The notes under the pieces are model-generated. The model was not told the DNA's origin. It saw nothing but the letters and a program-made list of their open reading frames with translations, and made no database searches. This document shows, piece by piece, positions 27,801 to 36,400 of a stretch of 64,000 nucleotides of DNA. The DNA lies in contig JAEWHK010000037.1 in assembly GCA_023387815.1 (NCBI GenBank), forward strand, positions 17,972 to 81,971. Direction: 5' to 3'. The DNA is from Pseudomonadota bacterium. GTDB taxonomy: Bacteria; Pseudomonadota; Gammaproteobacteria; Burkholderiales; Burkholderiaceae_B. Numbering within the stretch: position 1 is the stretch's first letter; each line of letters begins with the position of its first letter. A program made the translations under genes and the position numbers.

Positions 27801-28451
27801 CGTCGTTCGATTGCCGGCCGCTATCCTTTTGGCAATTCGTCCAAGGATGTGGCACCCAACGATTTCGCGCGGTTTTTTGGTCCTCAGCAAATGATGGATC
27901 AGTTTTTCAAGGAAAATCTGTCCAGCCTGGTGGATATGAGTGGCGGCCGCTGGCGCTTCAAACCAGGTATTGACGGCAACAAGGGCGGCGTAGCAGGTTT
28001 CCTGGATTCATTCGAAAAGGCGGCCGTGATACGTGATGTCTATTTTGCTGCCGGTAAAATGGAGCCTTCCTTCAAGGTGGCGGTCAGACCCATAGACATG
28101 GACCCGGAAATCACGCAGATGGTGATGGAAGTGGATGGGCAGACGCTGACGTATGCGCATGGTCCGCAGGTGGGAATTACCATGGAGTGGCCCGGCAAGC
28201 AGGGGAGCAACCAGGTCAGCATCAGTCTGCAGCCGCAAATGGGAACTTCCGGCATTTCAGCCTCAGGGCCATGGGCACTGAACCGACTGCTGGACCGCGC
28301 CAGCCAGCGCCAGGGGCGTTCGCCAGAGATCACCGTGGCCACATTCAATATTGGTGGTCGCAGCGTGACGCTTGAGTTTGCGGCGTATTCGGCCAAGAGT
28401 CCCTTCCGCCTTTCCGATATGCGCAGTTTCCGATGCCCGGGAAGGGGCTAG
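24840..28451 (+). CDS. tssM: T6SS membrane subunit TssM/IcmF
   Basis: LYQLPWY, Walker A GAPGSGKT, NCDWWF, DTAGRY, PRGIYFTSGTQ and GPWALNRL; 1203 aa. Confidence 0.97.
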   Translation: MISRFFSFLFSRGLWVFLGLIVISFLIWTVGPSLSVNNWYLLDSPKVRLWVIGTIWAIWLLRIIWRKWREGRLNAQLLGQLRKPRPEAELKDMPEEERAELKVLSERFDEAITLLRNSRFEAGENKSPLARFSKQYLYQLPWYVFIGAPGSGKTTALVNSGLNFPLADRFGKVALKGIGGTRNCDWWFTDEAVLLDTAGRYTTHESDPTGDEQEWKGFLNLLTKYRGRQPINGVMLTVSVADLLSATDTERVAHAAVLRRRLQELREELGIQFPVYVLVTKTDLLSGFEEYFATFSRQDLDQVWGFTIPYEQAQKPDFKLMTAFDTEYELLQKRLYEALPDVLAAEPDETRRALAYLLPQQFAGLRQVLGHFLSDVFSSSKFESVVIPRGIYFTSGTQGGQTFDRVTGQLKKYLKIEGIRDQGSSIPLESGKSYFLHNLLKDVVFPEAALAGLNLKWERRYRTIQWSGYVLLTAILAVCLLAWLNSYRNNRNYLDYVGDKLPGYNKLSQDIKITESGDVLGLMPFMNATTELPDGENFPVNEPPVWNTFGLYQGSKIAAAANSIYDETLKQVLLPQVSRRIENALENAPPDDLEYSYEALRAYLMMYDPDHYDPSFLQSWVLSDMQKILPAGYTTQDYDQLKMHINRLFNNGVVSSPFPKNDGLIERVRGALDRHALSERVYSRMLRLLSGQQLTQSTFITLGGAEASTVFFRKSGKPLNEGIPGLYTYNGYWNVFSKSVENVATQLREDDTWVLNVKSGSFADGSNRKLLEDVKKRYFDDYVQYWDNYLADVSVRKPQNLLQSIEIARSLSSTNSPLVKFVKGVALETTLLREDEQNQRSLIDRARERVSGSTQSLESMFGPTGIDNPIRKDATEEKLEKMVDNHFVQYRELARSAGQGVPPPIEGTTGLLNELYTYLTAADTALRSQSPLPPGDVLTKLQAEAGRVPPAVGDVLTDLSVTASRQVAGVRQEKVGEDVNAVLGNFCRRSIAGRYPFGNSSKDVAPNDFARFFGPQQMMDQFFKENLSSLVDMSGGRWRFKPGIDGNKGGVAGFLDSFEKAAVIRDVYFAAGKMEPSFKVAVRPIDMDPEITQMVMEVDGQTLTYAHGPQVGITMEWPGKQGSNQVSISLQPQMGTSGISASGPWALNRLLDRASQRQGRSPEITVATFNIGGRSVTLEFAAYSAKSPFRLSDMRSFRCPGRG

Positions 28452-28453
28452 TC

Positions 28454-29197
28454 ATGAGCGGGATCAGTATCGATCAGCTCTCAGATTCTCTCGGCTGGTA
28501 CGGCAAAATGCCATCCAGCGGAGATTTTGTCCATCGTCGCCTGAATCAGTCCATCATCGGCTGGTGGCATCGGTGGCTCAGTTCCGGGCTGGTTGCCATG
28601 CACGAGTCTGTGCTGCTGTCGGCCGAACAGGAATATCTGAGCGCACCGATATGGAATTTTCTGATTCCGGCCTCTCTGGGTTGTGATGTGGTGCAGATGG
28701 GATGCCTGGCGCCCAGTCGTGATCGGGTGGGACGTGTTTATCCACTGATGGCAGTGCTGTATGTGCACCCCTCGCAATATGAATCGCAGCAGGTGGCCGG
28801 GTCGGGCCGGTTTTACGAACACATCGGGCGCAGTCTGCTTGCCGCTGTGGGGCACGGCTGTTCAACCGCGCAGTTCGAGCAGAATATTCAGGGTGCGCGC
28901 GGAACATTGACACAGATGCTGACAAGGGCATCCACCCAGGTCTCGGAAGATGATGGCAGCAGTGATATTCTGGATATTCTGAACGGCGGGCATGAAACAC
29001 CGCCCATCGAGAAGCTGGACCAGAATGATTCGCGCTGGCCGCAACTGGCTTTCTGTTTCAACAGTGATGCACACAACAGTTACTGGTGGACGAACCAGGC
29101 CAATGGCGCAGCGCAGAAGTCAATGGTGCACGGCGGTGCGCTGAATATCACGCTGTTCAATTCGCTCTTCGTGACGCATACGAACTTTAGCCTGTAA
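28454..29197 (+). CDS. tagF: T6SS-associated repressor TagF/ImpM
   Basis: GWYGKMPSSGDFV, PIWNF, PSRDRVGRVYPL and SYWWT; directly after tssM. Confidence 0.92.
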   Translation: MSGISIDQLSDSLGWYGKMPSSGDFVHRRLNQSIIGWWHRWLSSGLVAMHESVLLSAEQEYLSAPIWNFLIPASLGCDVVQMGCLAPSRDRVGRVYPLMAVLYVHPSQYESQQVAGSGRFYEHIGRSLLAAVGHGCSTAQFEQNIQGARGTLTQMLTRASTQVSEDDGSSDILDILNGGHETPPIEKLDQNDSRWPQLAFCFNSDAHNSYWWTNQANGAAQKSMVHGGALNITLFNSLFVTHTNFSL

Positions 29198-29261
29198 CGG
29201 TGATGGTTGCGGCTGACCGCGACGACACCCATAACAGGCATGACTTAGGGAAAGAGACATC

Positions 29262-32069
29262 ATGGCGACAACGATTCAGGAACTGCAAGGCAATGCCGAC
29301 CCTTCATGGCAGCCACTGGAGAAATCCAGTCTGTGCACAGGCAGCGCGACACAGGGACAACTGGAAGATCTGGTACTGGATCTGCTGCCGCAGCTCAAAG
29401 CGCTGCATGCGCAGCAGCGCATTTATGGTGCCTGGTCTTTGCAGACGGTTTTTCTGGATTCCGTGGGTCGTGCCATGCTGCTGCCGGGCGTGAGCCAGCC
29501 TTTTACCAAGAATGCCGCCGAGGCGATTCAGGGTAACGATGATTTTGCCGCGATCGAACTGCAGACAGACGACCCTGCCTGGCGCATTGGTCCCTGGACG
29601 GATGTGTATGGACTTGCCGCTGTACTGCGCACGCTGATCACCGGTCAGCCCCCGCAAAGCCCGGTACGACGCTTTGTGAAGGATACGCTGGAGCCGCTGG
29701 CCGGGGTCATGCCGGCAGGCTTCTCGCGCCAGTTCCTGCGCACGATTGATCTGAGCACGGTGCTGCAATCCGCCCTGCGCCTGCAGTCCGTAGATGAAAT
29801 GTCGGGCATGATGGGTCTGTCTTCGGCAGCGTCAGCGCCGAGTCCTATGAGTTCGGCGTCAGCAGGTGCTGCGGGAGCAGGTTCTGCATCACCAAATGTT
29901 GCGTCGGCACGGGATGCGGCAGGATCGTCAGCCGGTCTGTTGGGCGGCGTTGCAGCGGCGGGAGGCGCCGGGCGGGCCGCGCCAGAACAGACAGCCCAGG
30001 AACAGGCCAGAGCGCAGCAGGAACAAGAAGAGCAGGCCAGGGCAGAACAAGCCAGAGTGGAGCAGGCCCGGGCAGAGCAGGTAAAAGCACAACAGGCCTC
30101 GCAGGAACAGGCGCGCCTGGAGCAGGAGAGGGTCGAGCAGGCCAGAGCGGAACAAGCCAAAGCGGAGCAGATCAGGGCAGAACAGTTAAAAGCGGAGCAG
30201 GCCGCACAGGAACAAGCCCGCCTTGAGCGGGAGAAGGCAGAACAGATTCGCGCAGAGCAGGCGAGAGCGGAAGCTGAACAGGCCAATGCCCGTTCAGCAA
30301 AAGCGGATTCGATCGCTGCCGGGGGCGTCGCTGCAACAGGAGCTGCTGCTGCGGCGGCTGCCAGTGGGGCGGCCAATGCCACTACTGCCAATGCAGCAAA
30401 AGATCCTCGGACGAATGAGATACCGGACGAGCGAACGGATGCGACAGCCCGCGATGGCGACGGGGGCAATCAGCCACCGGATTCCATAGACAGCAGAAAG
30501 CCTGTTGCACCTCCGCCACCGCCGGAAGACAAAAAGCGCAGTCCCGTGCTTCTGATTGCACTGGTTCTGGCTGCGGCAGCCGCCAGTGCCTATTTTGGTT
30601 TCAGCGACAAGTCGGACACCGAGTCGGCGCCCGCCACTGCGGCCAATCAGGAAGCAAATCCGTCATCCTCCGGCGCAGAGTCTTCAGAGAACCCGGCCGC
30701 AACGGGCGGGTCGACGGCTGCGGAGACCAGCAATAACGCGAATACCGGCGACGCGGCAACATCAGACAATGCCACAGCGTCTGGCGATGCAGCGACAGCA
30801 AGTTCGAACGCGGGAACAGCGGCCTCGTCAGAAGGTGGTGGTACATCTGCCACAGATAGCGCATCGCCCGCAACGGAAGCGGCAAGCGCGACAGGCGCCA
30901 CGCCGTCGACAGCCACCAATAATCATCCAACGCCAGCCGATGGCACTGACGCAGCATCGTCCGGCAGCGATACGGCCAGCCAATCCACATCCGATGCATC
31001 ATCGTCACAGCCAGCAGGGTCTGAGCCATCCGGCGCAACGCCAGAGACAGGGGCAACAGCCGGATCCTCTGAACCTGCCGCGTCCTCTGCGACTGGTGCA
31101 AGCCCCATGCCGGGCACCGAAGGCACCGGACCAGCGGCAGGCAACGCGTCTGACACTGCCGGTTCTGCTGCGGCAGGTTCGTCCGGCGATGGCGCCTCAG
31201 ACCAGTCAACGGCAGCCAACCCCGCGTCTTCCGCTCAGGCCGCCGCAGAACAGGCGCGCGTAGACGAAGAAGCGCGGCGTGTCGAAGAGGCGACCAAGGC
31301 GGAAGAAGCCCGACTGGCTGCTCAAAGCCAGCAGTTACAATCGGGAACAGGGACATCAACGGGTACTGCAGCGGATACATCAACACAAGCCTCGTCCGCG
31401 GGTGCCCCCGATCAATCGGCGACAACCACCGATAGCAGTAGCACGACTGCGGCTTCAGGCAATACTGCCCAGCCCACGACAGAAGCCGATACCTCCGGTT
31501 CAGGCTCAACCAGCGCCAGCAGTGCTGCCGCGCCAGGCACAAGCAACGGATCCGCGGTAACGGCCGCGAGTGCAGGTGTAGGTACGGCAGCCGCGATTGC
31601 CGCGGCGGCCAGTCCTTCAGCCGGCAATACCCCGTCAACGGACACGTCCGCTGGGGTTGCTTCTTCTGCAGCCAGTCAGTCGACAGAGATGAATGCCGCG
31701 GACGCAGGGCGCGAAGAGGAAGCGGCGCAGCAGGCGAGAGAGCAGGCTGCCCTGGAGAAAGCCCGGCAGGAAGATGCGCGTCTCAAACGAGAGCGGGAGC
31801 GTCGCCGTGCGGCAGAAGCGCGCGCCGAGCGCGGTGAGGCCGGCACGACGCGCAATGCATCCAAAGGAACCGTGTCGTTTGTCATCCGCCCCTGGGGGAA
31901 CGTCTTCATCAACGGTCGTTCACGTGGCGCAAGCCCGCCGTTTCGCAGTCTGCAATTGTCGCCAGGCACGTATCAGATCATGATTACCAATGGCGATTTG
32001 CCGCGTTACGTCAGAGTGATTACCGTCAAGTCCGGGGAAAATATCACGGTTGTGCATCAATTCCAGTAA
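29262..32069 (+). CDS. PpkA-like membrane protein: degenerate Ser/Thr kinase C-lobe, EQARA repeats, TM helix, long low-complexity linker, C-terminal PEGA-like domain
   Basis: FAAIEL and IGPWTDVYGLAAVL...TGQPP match kinase subdomains VIII-IX, but HRD, DFG and the N-lobe are absent. TM segment PVLLIALVLAAAAASAYFGF; C-terminal IRPWGNVFING...LSPGTYQIMITN. Confidence 0.8.
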   Translation: MATTIQELQGNADPSWQPLEKSSLCTGSATQGQLEDLVLDLLPQLKALHAQQRIYGAWSLQTVFLDSVGRAMLLPGVSQPFTKNAAEAIQGNDDFAAIELQTDDPAWRIGPWTDVYGLAAVLRTLITGQPPQSPVRRFVKDTLEPLAGVMPAGFSRQFLRTIDLSTVLQSALRLQSVDEMSGMMGLSSAASAPSPMSSASAGAAGAGSASPNVASARDAAGSSAGLLGGVAAAGGAGRAAPEQTAQEQARAQQEQEEQARAEQARVEQARAEQVKAQQASQEQARLEQERVEQARAEQAKAEQIRAEQLKAEQAAQEQARLEREKAEQIRAEQARAEAEQANARSAKADSIAAGGVAATGAAAAAAASGAANATTANAAKDPRTNEIPDERTDATARDGDGGNQPPDSIDSRKPVAPPPPPEDKKRSPVLLIALVLAAAAASAYFGFSDKSDTESAPATAANQEANPSSSGAESSENPAATGGSTAAETSNNANTGDAATSDNATASGDAATASSNAGTAASSEGGGTSATDSASPATEAASATGATPSTATNNHPTPADGTDAASSGSDTASQSTSDASSSQPAGSEPSGATPETGATAGSSEPAASSATGASPMPGTEGTGPAAGNASDTAGSAAAGSSGDGASDQSTAANPASSAQAAAEQARVDEEARRVEEATKAEEARLAAQSQQLQSGTGTSTGTAADTSTQASSAGAPDQSATTTDSSSTTAASGNTAQPTTEADTSGSGSTSASSAAAPGTSNGSAVTAASAGVGTAAAIAAAASPSAGNTPSTDTSAGVASSAASQSTEMNAADAGREEEAAQQAREQAALEKARQEDARLKRERERRRAAEARAERGEAGTTRNASKGTVSFVIRPWGNVFINGRSRGASPPFRSLQLSPGTYQIMITNGDLPRYVRVITVKSGENITVVHQFQ
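29985..30270 (+). repeat. Coding 15-nt (5-aa) degenerate tandem repeat, EQARA-type, about 18-19 units
   Basis: EQARA/EQARV/EQVKA/EQARL/EQIRA/EQLKA series in the translation; GARCAGGCC.G.GC units in the DNA. Confidence 0.85.
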
Positions 32070-32111
32070 CATGGGGGTCTGATTAACCACTTAAAACGGG
32101 ATTTGCACAGA

Positions 32112-33437
32112 ATGAAAATTGGAGTTTTGCGCAGGATCATTCTTCCGGGAGCCTGTGCGGCAGCGGCCATGCTGATGCACACTCCTTCGGCAGTTGCGCA
32201 GAGTGCGGGCGGTTACAAGCCTGAATATTCGCTGTCATTTGTGTCGGATGAACGCATCGTCATTGGCCGCACTGCCAAACGGTGGCGCGAACTGGTCATG
32301 GAAAAGACCGAAGGGCGAGTTAACATCCGCATGTATCCCAATGCTTCGCTCATCAAGGGCGAGCAGACTCGGGAGGCAACCGCAATGCGCCAGGGCGTTG
32401 CCGATATGGCGGTTGCCACGGCCAGTAATTGGTCCGGCCAGTTCCGTGCCCTCTCCATTTTCTCCCTGCCTTTTTTCATCCCCAATATTGATGGGACAGC
32501 CGCACTGATTCGTGGTCAGGTCGGGAAAGTCATACGTGACAATATGGACAAGGCCGGCATTGTGACTCTGGCCTGGGGTTCCTCAGGGTATCGGCAACTG
32601 AGCAATGCGCTGCGTCCTGTGCAGGCGCCCGCTGATCTGAAGGGCATGCGCGTTCGGGTGGTAGGCCTGCCGCTTTTTATGGATTTTTTCAAGGCACTGG
32701 GGGCGGCACCCGTGCAGATGAATCTGAATGGCGTGGCGGATGCCTTTGAGAAGAAAACCATCGATGGCCAGGACAATCCACTTTCTGTTTTCACCGGATT
32801 CAAGTTCAATGAACTGGGCCAGAAGTATCTGACGCTTTGGGACTATCCGGCAGATCCGATCTTCATTGCAGTCAACAAGAACGTGTGGAATAACTGGTCC
32901 AAAGCCGATCAACAGCACGTGCGAGAAGCCGCGGAGCAGGCGGTTCAGGAGACTGCTCCCATCCTGACGGCACAGGCTGCCTCTGATACCGTCCGGAAAA
33001 CGGCGCAGGAACTGACGAAAGCCGGAGTCGAAGTCACAACGCTGACGCCCGAACAAAAGGCCGCTTTCAAAAATGCGGCCATGAGCGTGCAGCAGAACTG
33101 GTCCGAGAGAATCGGTCAGGATCTGATTGATATGGCGCAGGCGGATATCAAACGCGGACCTAACCTGCCGCCGGCCAGTGATCCGGGCGCCGTGCCCGCT
33201 TCCGCCGTGCCAGCTTCTCCTAATCCCGAGCCACCCGCAGCAGAAGCGGCCCCTCCCAACGGGAACCAGGCCGCTACAGGAACCGCAGCAACTTCAGAAA
33301 CGCCGGCTGCTTCTGAAACGCCTGCCGCTACAGATTCACCAGCGGCTGCGGAAACGCCCGCAGCTTCAGGAACACCAGCTGCTTCGGAGACACAGGATGC
33401 ACCAGGGACGCAGGCTGCTGCCTCCGTCCCTCAATGA
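32112..33437 (+). CDS. TRAP transporter DctP-family solute-binding protein with Pro/Ala-rich C-terminal tail
   Basis: Signal peptide; EKTEGRVNIRMYPNASL, GYRQLSN, PADLKGMRVRV and IDGQDNP. No dctQ or dctM nearby. Confidence 0.88.
   Translation: MKIGVLRRIILPGACAAAAMLMHTPSAVAQSAGGYKPEYSLSFVSDERIVIGRTAKRWRELVMEKTEGRVNIRMYPNASLIKGEQTREATAMRQGVADMAVATASNWSGQFRALSIFSLPFFIPNIDGTAALIRGQVGKVIRDNMDKAGIVTLAWGSSGYRQLSNALRPVQAPADLKGMRVRVVGLPLFMDFFKALGAAPVQMNLNGVADAFEKKTIDGQDNPLSVFTGFKFNELGQKYLTLWDYPADPIFIAVNKNVWNNWSKADQQHVREAAEQAVQETAPILTAQAASDTVRKTAQELTKAGVEVTTLTPEQKAAFKNAAMSVQQNWSERIGQDLIDMAQADIKRGPNLPPASDPGAVPASAVPASPNPEPPAAEAAPPNGNQAATGTAATSETPAASETPAATDSPAAAETPAASGTPAASETQDAPGTQAAASVPQ
33291..33398 (+). 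repeat. Coding 18-nt (6-aa) repeat, ASETPA-type, about 6 units
   Basis: TSETPA ASETPA ATDSPA AAETPA ASGTPA ASETQD in the DctP tail. Confidence 0.75.
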
Positions 33438-33443
33438 GCCATC

Positions 33444-36400
33444 CTAGGCAATGGTCATCAGACTGGCGTTACCACCGGCGGCGGCCGTGTTGGTGCTGAT
33501 GCTCTGTTCATGGACCAGACCACTCACAGCATAGCGCTGGCCATGAATGACTTCATCAGACTGCAGACCCTGGGCGATGATGATGGGGCCTTTTCTTGCC
33601 GCCAGCTCCAGGTTCAGTTGCCGCAGCGTATCGCCATCCCCTTCAAACACGGCAGCATCAAACGCCGCCTGCGCAACTTTTTCCGGAGCCACATACTCAA
33701 CGCGGGCGCGTTTGTCTGCGGGCACCGCTGCCTCGACCCAGTCGCGCACCGAAGGTGCTTCAACAAACAGGGCGCGGTTGCCGGTTTCCAGAATCTGTTC
33801 GAGCTGCAGGCGGGCGCCATCGGATGACGCAGGCCAGGCCAGAACCGTGCCCCGTGGTACCAGACGATAGACATTGGTCTCGCCGGTCGGGCCGGGCAAC
33901 GCCGTACCTGCCGGATTCAGTCCGGGAAGGTCGATGCCGCGTGGCATATCATCATTTCCTTCAGACAGCAGGCGATACAGATAGAGCGGACCGCCGGCTT
34001 TGGGGCCGGTACCTGACAGGCCCTGGCCGCCAAAGGGCTGTACACCCACCACGGCACCCACAATATTACGGTTGACATAAATATTGCCGGCATGGATGCG
34101 ATCGCAGACGCGACCAATGGTCTCGTCGATACGCGAATGGATGCCAAAGGTCAGACCGTAGCCGGTGGCATTGATTTTGTCGATCAGTGCATCCAATTCG
34201 GCGCGCTTGTAACGGATCACGTGCAGCACAGGACCAAAGACTTCGCGCTCCAGTTCGCTGATGTCATTCAGTTCGATGATGGCAGGAGAAACAAAGGTGC
34301 CATGTTCGGTTGTGCGATCCAGCGGCAGCTGCTCGACAACATGACCGGACTGGCGCATTTTCAGGATATGACGTTCGATGATCTGGCGAGCCTGTTCATC
34401 GATCACGGGTCCGACATCGGTAGACAATAGATCAGGGCAGCCCACAGACAGTTCCTTCATGGCGCCCTTGATCATGTTCAGAACATGATCTGCCGCGTCT
34501 TCCTGAATGCACAGCACGCGCAGGGCAGAGCAGCGCTGGCCGGCCGAATCGAAAGCTGAGTTGAGCACATCGTAAACAACCTGTTCAGCCAGGGCAGATG
34601 AATCCACAATCAGCGCGTTTTGTCCGCCCGTCTCGGCAATCAGCGGAATAGGATGACCATGGTTGTCCAGGCGACCAGCCAGTTTGCCGGCGATGATGCG
34701 TGCCACGTCTGTCGAGCCGGTGAACATCACACCGCGAATCGCGGGATGTGAAACCAGCTGATCTCCCACGGTTTCTCCCTGACCGGGCAGCAGTTGTACC
34801 GCTTCCTTCGGAATACCGGCCTCGTGCAGGATGGCAACCGCCTGGGCGGCGATCAGAGGAGTCTGCTCGGCGGGTTTGGCCAGAACGGTATTGCCGGCAG
34901 CCAGGGCGGCACTGACCTGTCCTGTAAAGATAGCCAGCGGGAAGTTCCACGGGCTGATACACAGCACCGGACCCAGGGGTCGATGACGGTCTTCGCTGAA
35001 GTTGTCCTCAATCTGATCCGCGTAGTAACGCAGAAAATCCACGGCCTCGCGCACTTCTGCAATGGCGTTGGGTAAAGACTTGCCGGCCTCACGAACGATC
35101 AGACCCAGCAGGGGCTGCATGCGAGACTCCAGCAACTGCGCGGCGCGGCGCAAGGCTTTTGCACGGTCTTCCACCGGTGTGGCCTGCCAGATGGGCGCCA
35201 TGGCAACAGCCGCATCCACGGCCTGAGTGACATCTTCTGGCGTGGCTTCAATGACTTCGCCCACCACATCGCGATGATCCGCGGGGTTGAGCATGGGTTT
35301 GCGTCTGGCGGCCTTGTCTTCGTCATCGGAAGTCTCATAAAGCGTCGGCGCGGCCAGCCACGGTTGTGTGGCGCCGTTAAGCAGGGCAGCAGCCAGTGAA
35401 CCCAGGCGATGTTCGTTGCTCAGGTCGATGCCGCTGGAGTTGCGACGTCCCGGTTCGCCGTCAATGTTATACAGATCACGAGGCAGCGGGATTTTGTCGT
35501 GCGGCGCGCCCAGCGGCTGGATCGCGCTGGCCACTTCGATGGGGTTGGCAATCAGGGTGTTGATATCGATGCTTTCGTCTCCGATCTGGTTGACAAAAGA
35601 CGTGTTGGCGCCGTTCTCCAGCAGACGACGAACCAGATAGGCCAGCAGGGTTTCGTGCGTGCCAACGGGGGCGTAGATCCGGCATGGACGGTTGAGTTTT
35701 TTGCTGCCGACCACTTCCGAATACAGCGGTTCACCCATGCCGTGCAGGCACTGGAACTCGTACTGACCGGGGTAATAATTGCTGCCTGCCAGATGGTAAA
35801 TGGCAGAAAGCGTCTGGGCATTATGCGTGGCAAACTGTGGATATACGGCATCGGGCGCCGCAAGCAGCTTGCGGGCGCAGGCCAGATAGGACACATCGGT
35901 GTAGACCTTGCGCGTATACACAGGATAACCTTCGAGCCCATCGAGCTGGGCACGCTTGATTTCCGTATCCCAGTAAGCTCCTTTGACCAGACGGATCATC
36001 AGGCGATGACGCGTGCGCCGTCCCAGATCGATCACGTAGTCAATCACAAACGGCGCCCGTTTCTGGTATGCCTGGATGACAAAGCCGATGCCGTTCCAGC
36101 CTTCAAATTCCCGCGTTGCGCACAGCGCCTCCAGCAGGTCCAGTGACAGTTCCAGTCTGTCTGCTTCTTCTGCATCAATGTTCAGACCAATATCGTAGGA
36201 ACGGGCGAGTCGCGTGAGGGAAACCAGACGAGGCAACAGTTCGCTGATGACACGCTCGCGCTGTGCGCGGCTGTAGCGTGGGTGCAGGGCCGACAGTTTG
36301 ATAGAAATGCCGGGACCTTCGTAAATGCCGCGGCCGCCCGAGGCCTTGCCGATGGCGTGAATGGCCTGTTCGTAGGATTCGTAATAGCGCTGGGCATCGG

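Noticed and set aside
15500..33444. T6SS block as a mobile genomic island
   Set aside because: No integrase, transposase, tRNA target or flanking direct repeats were seen, and composition looks similar to the backbone. A recent mobile element is not supported.
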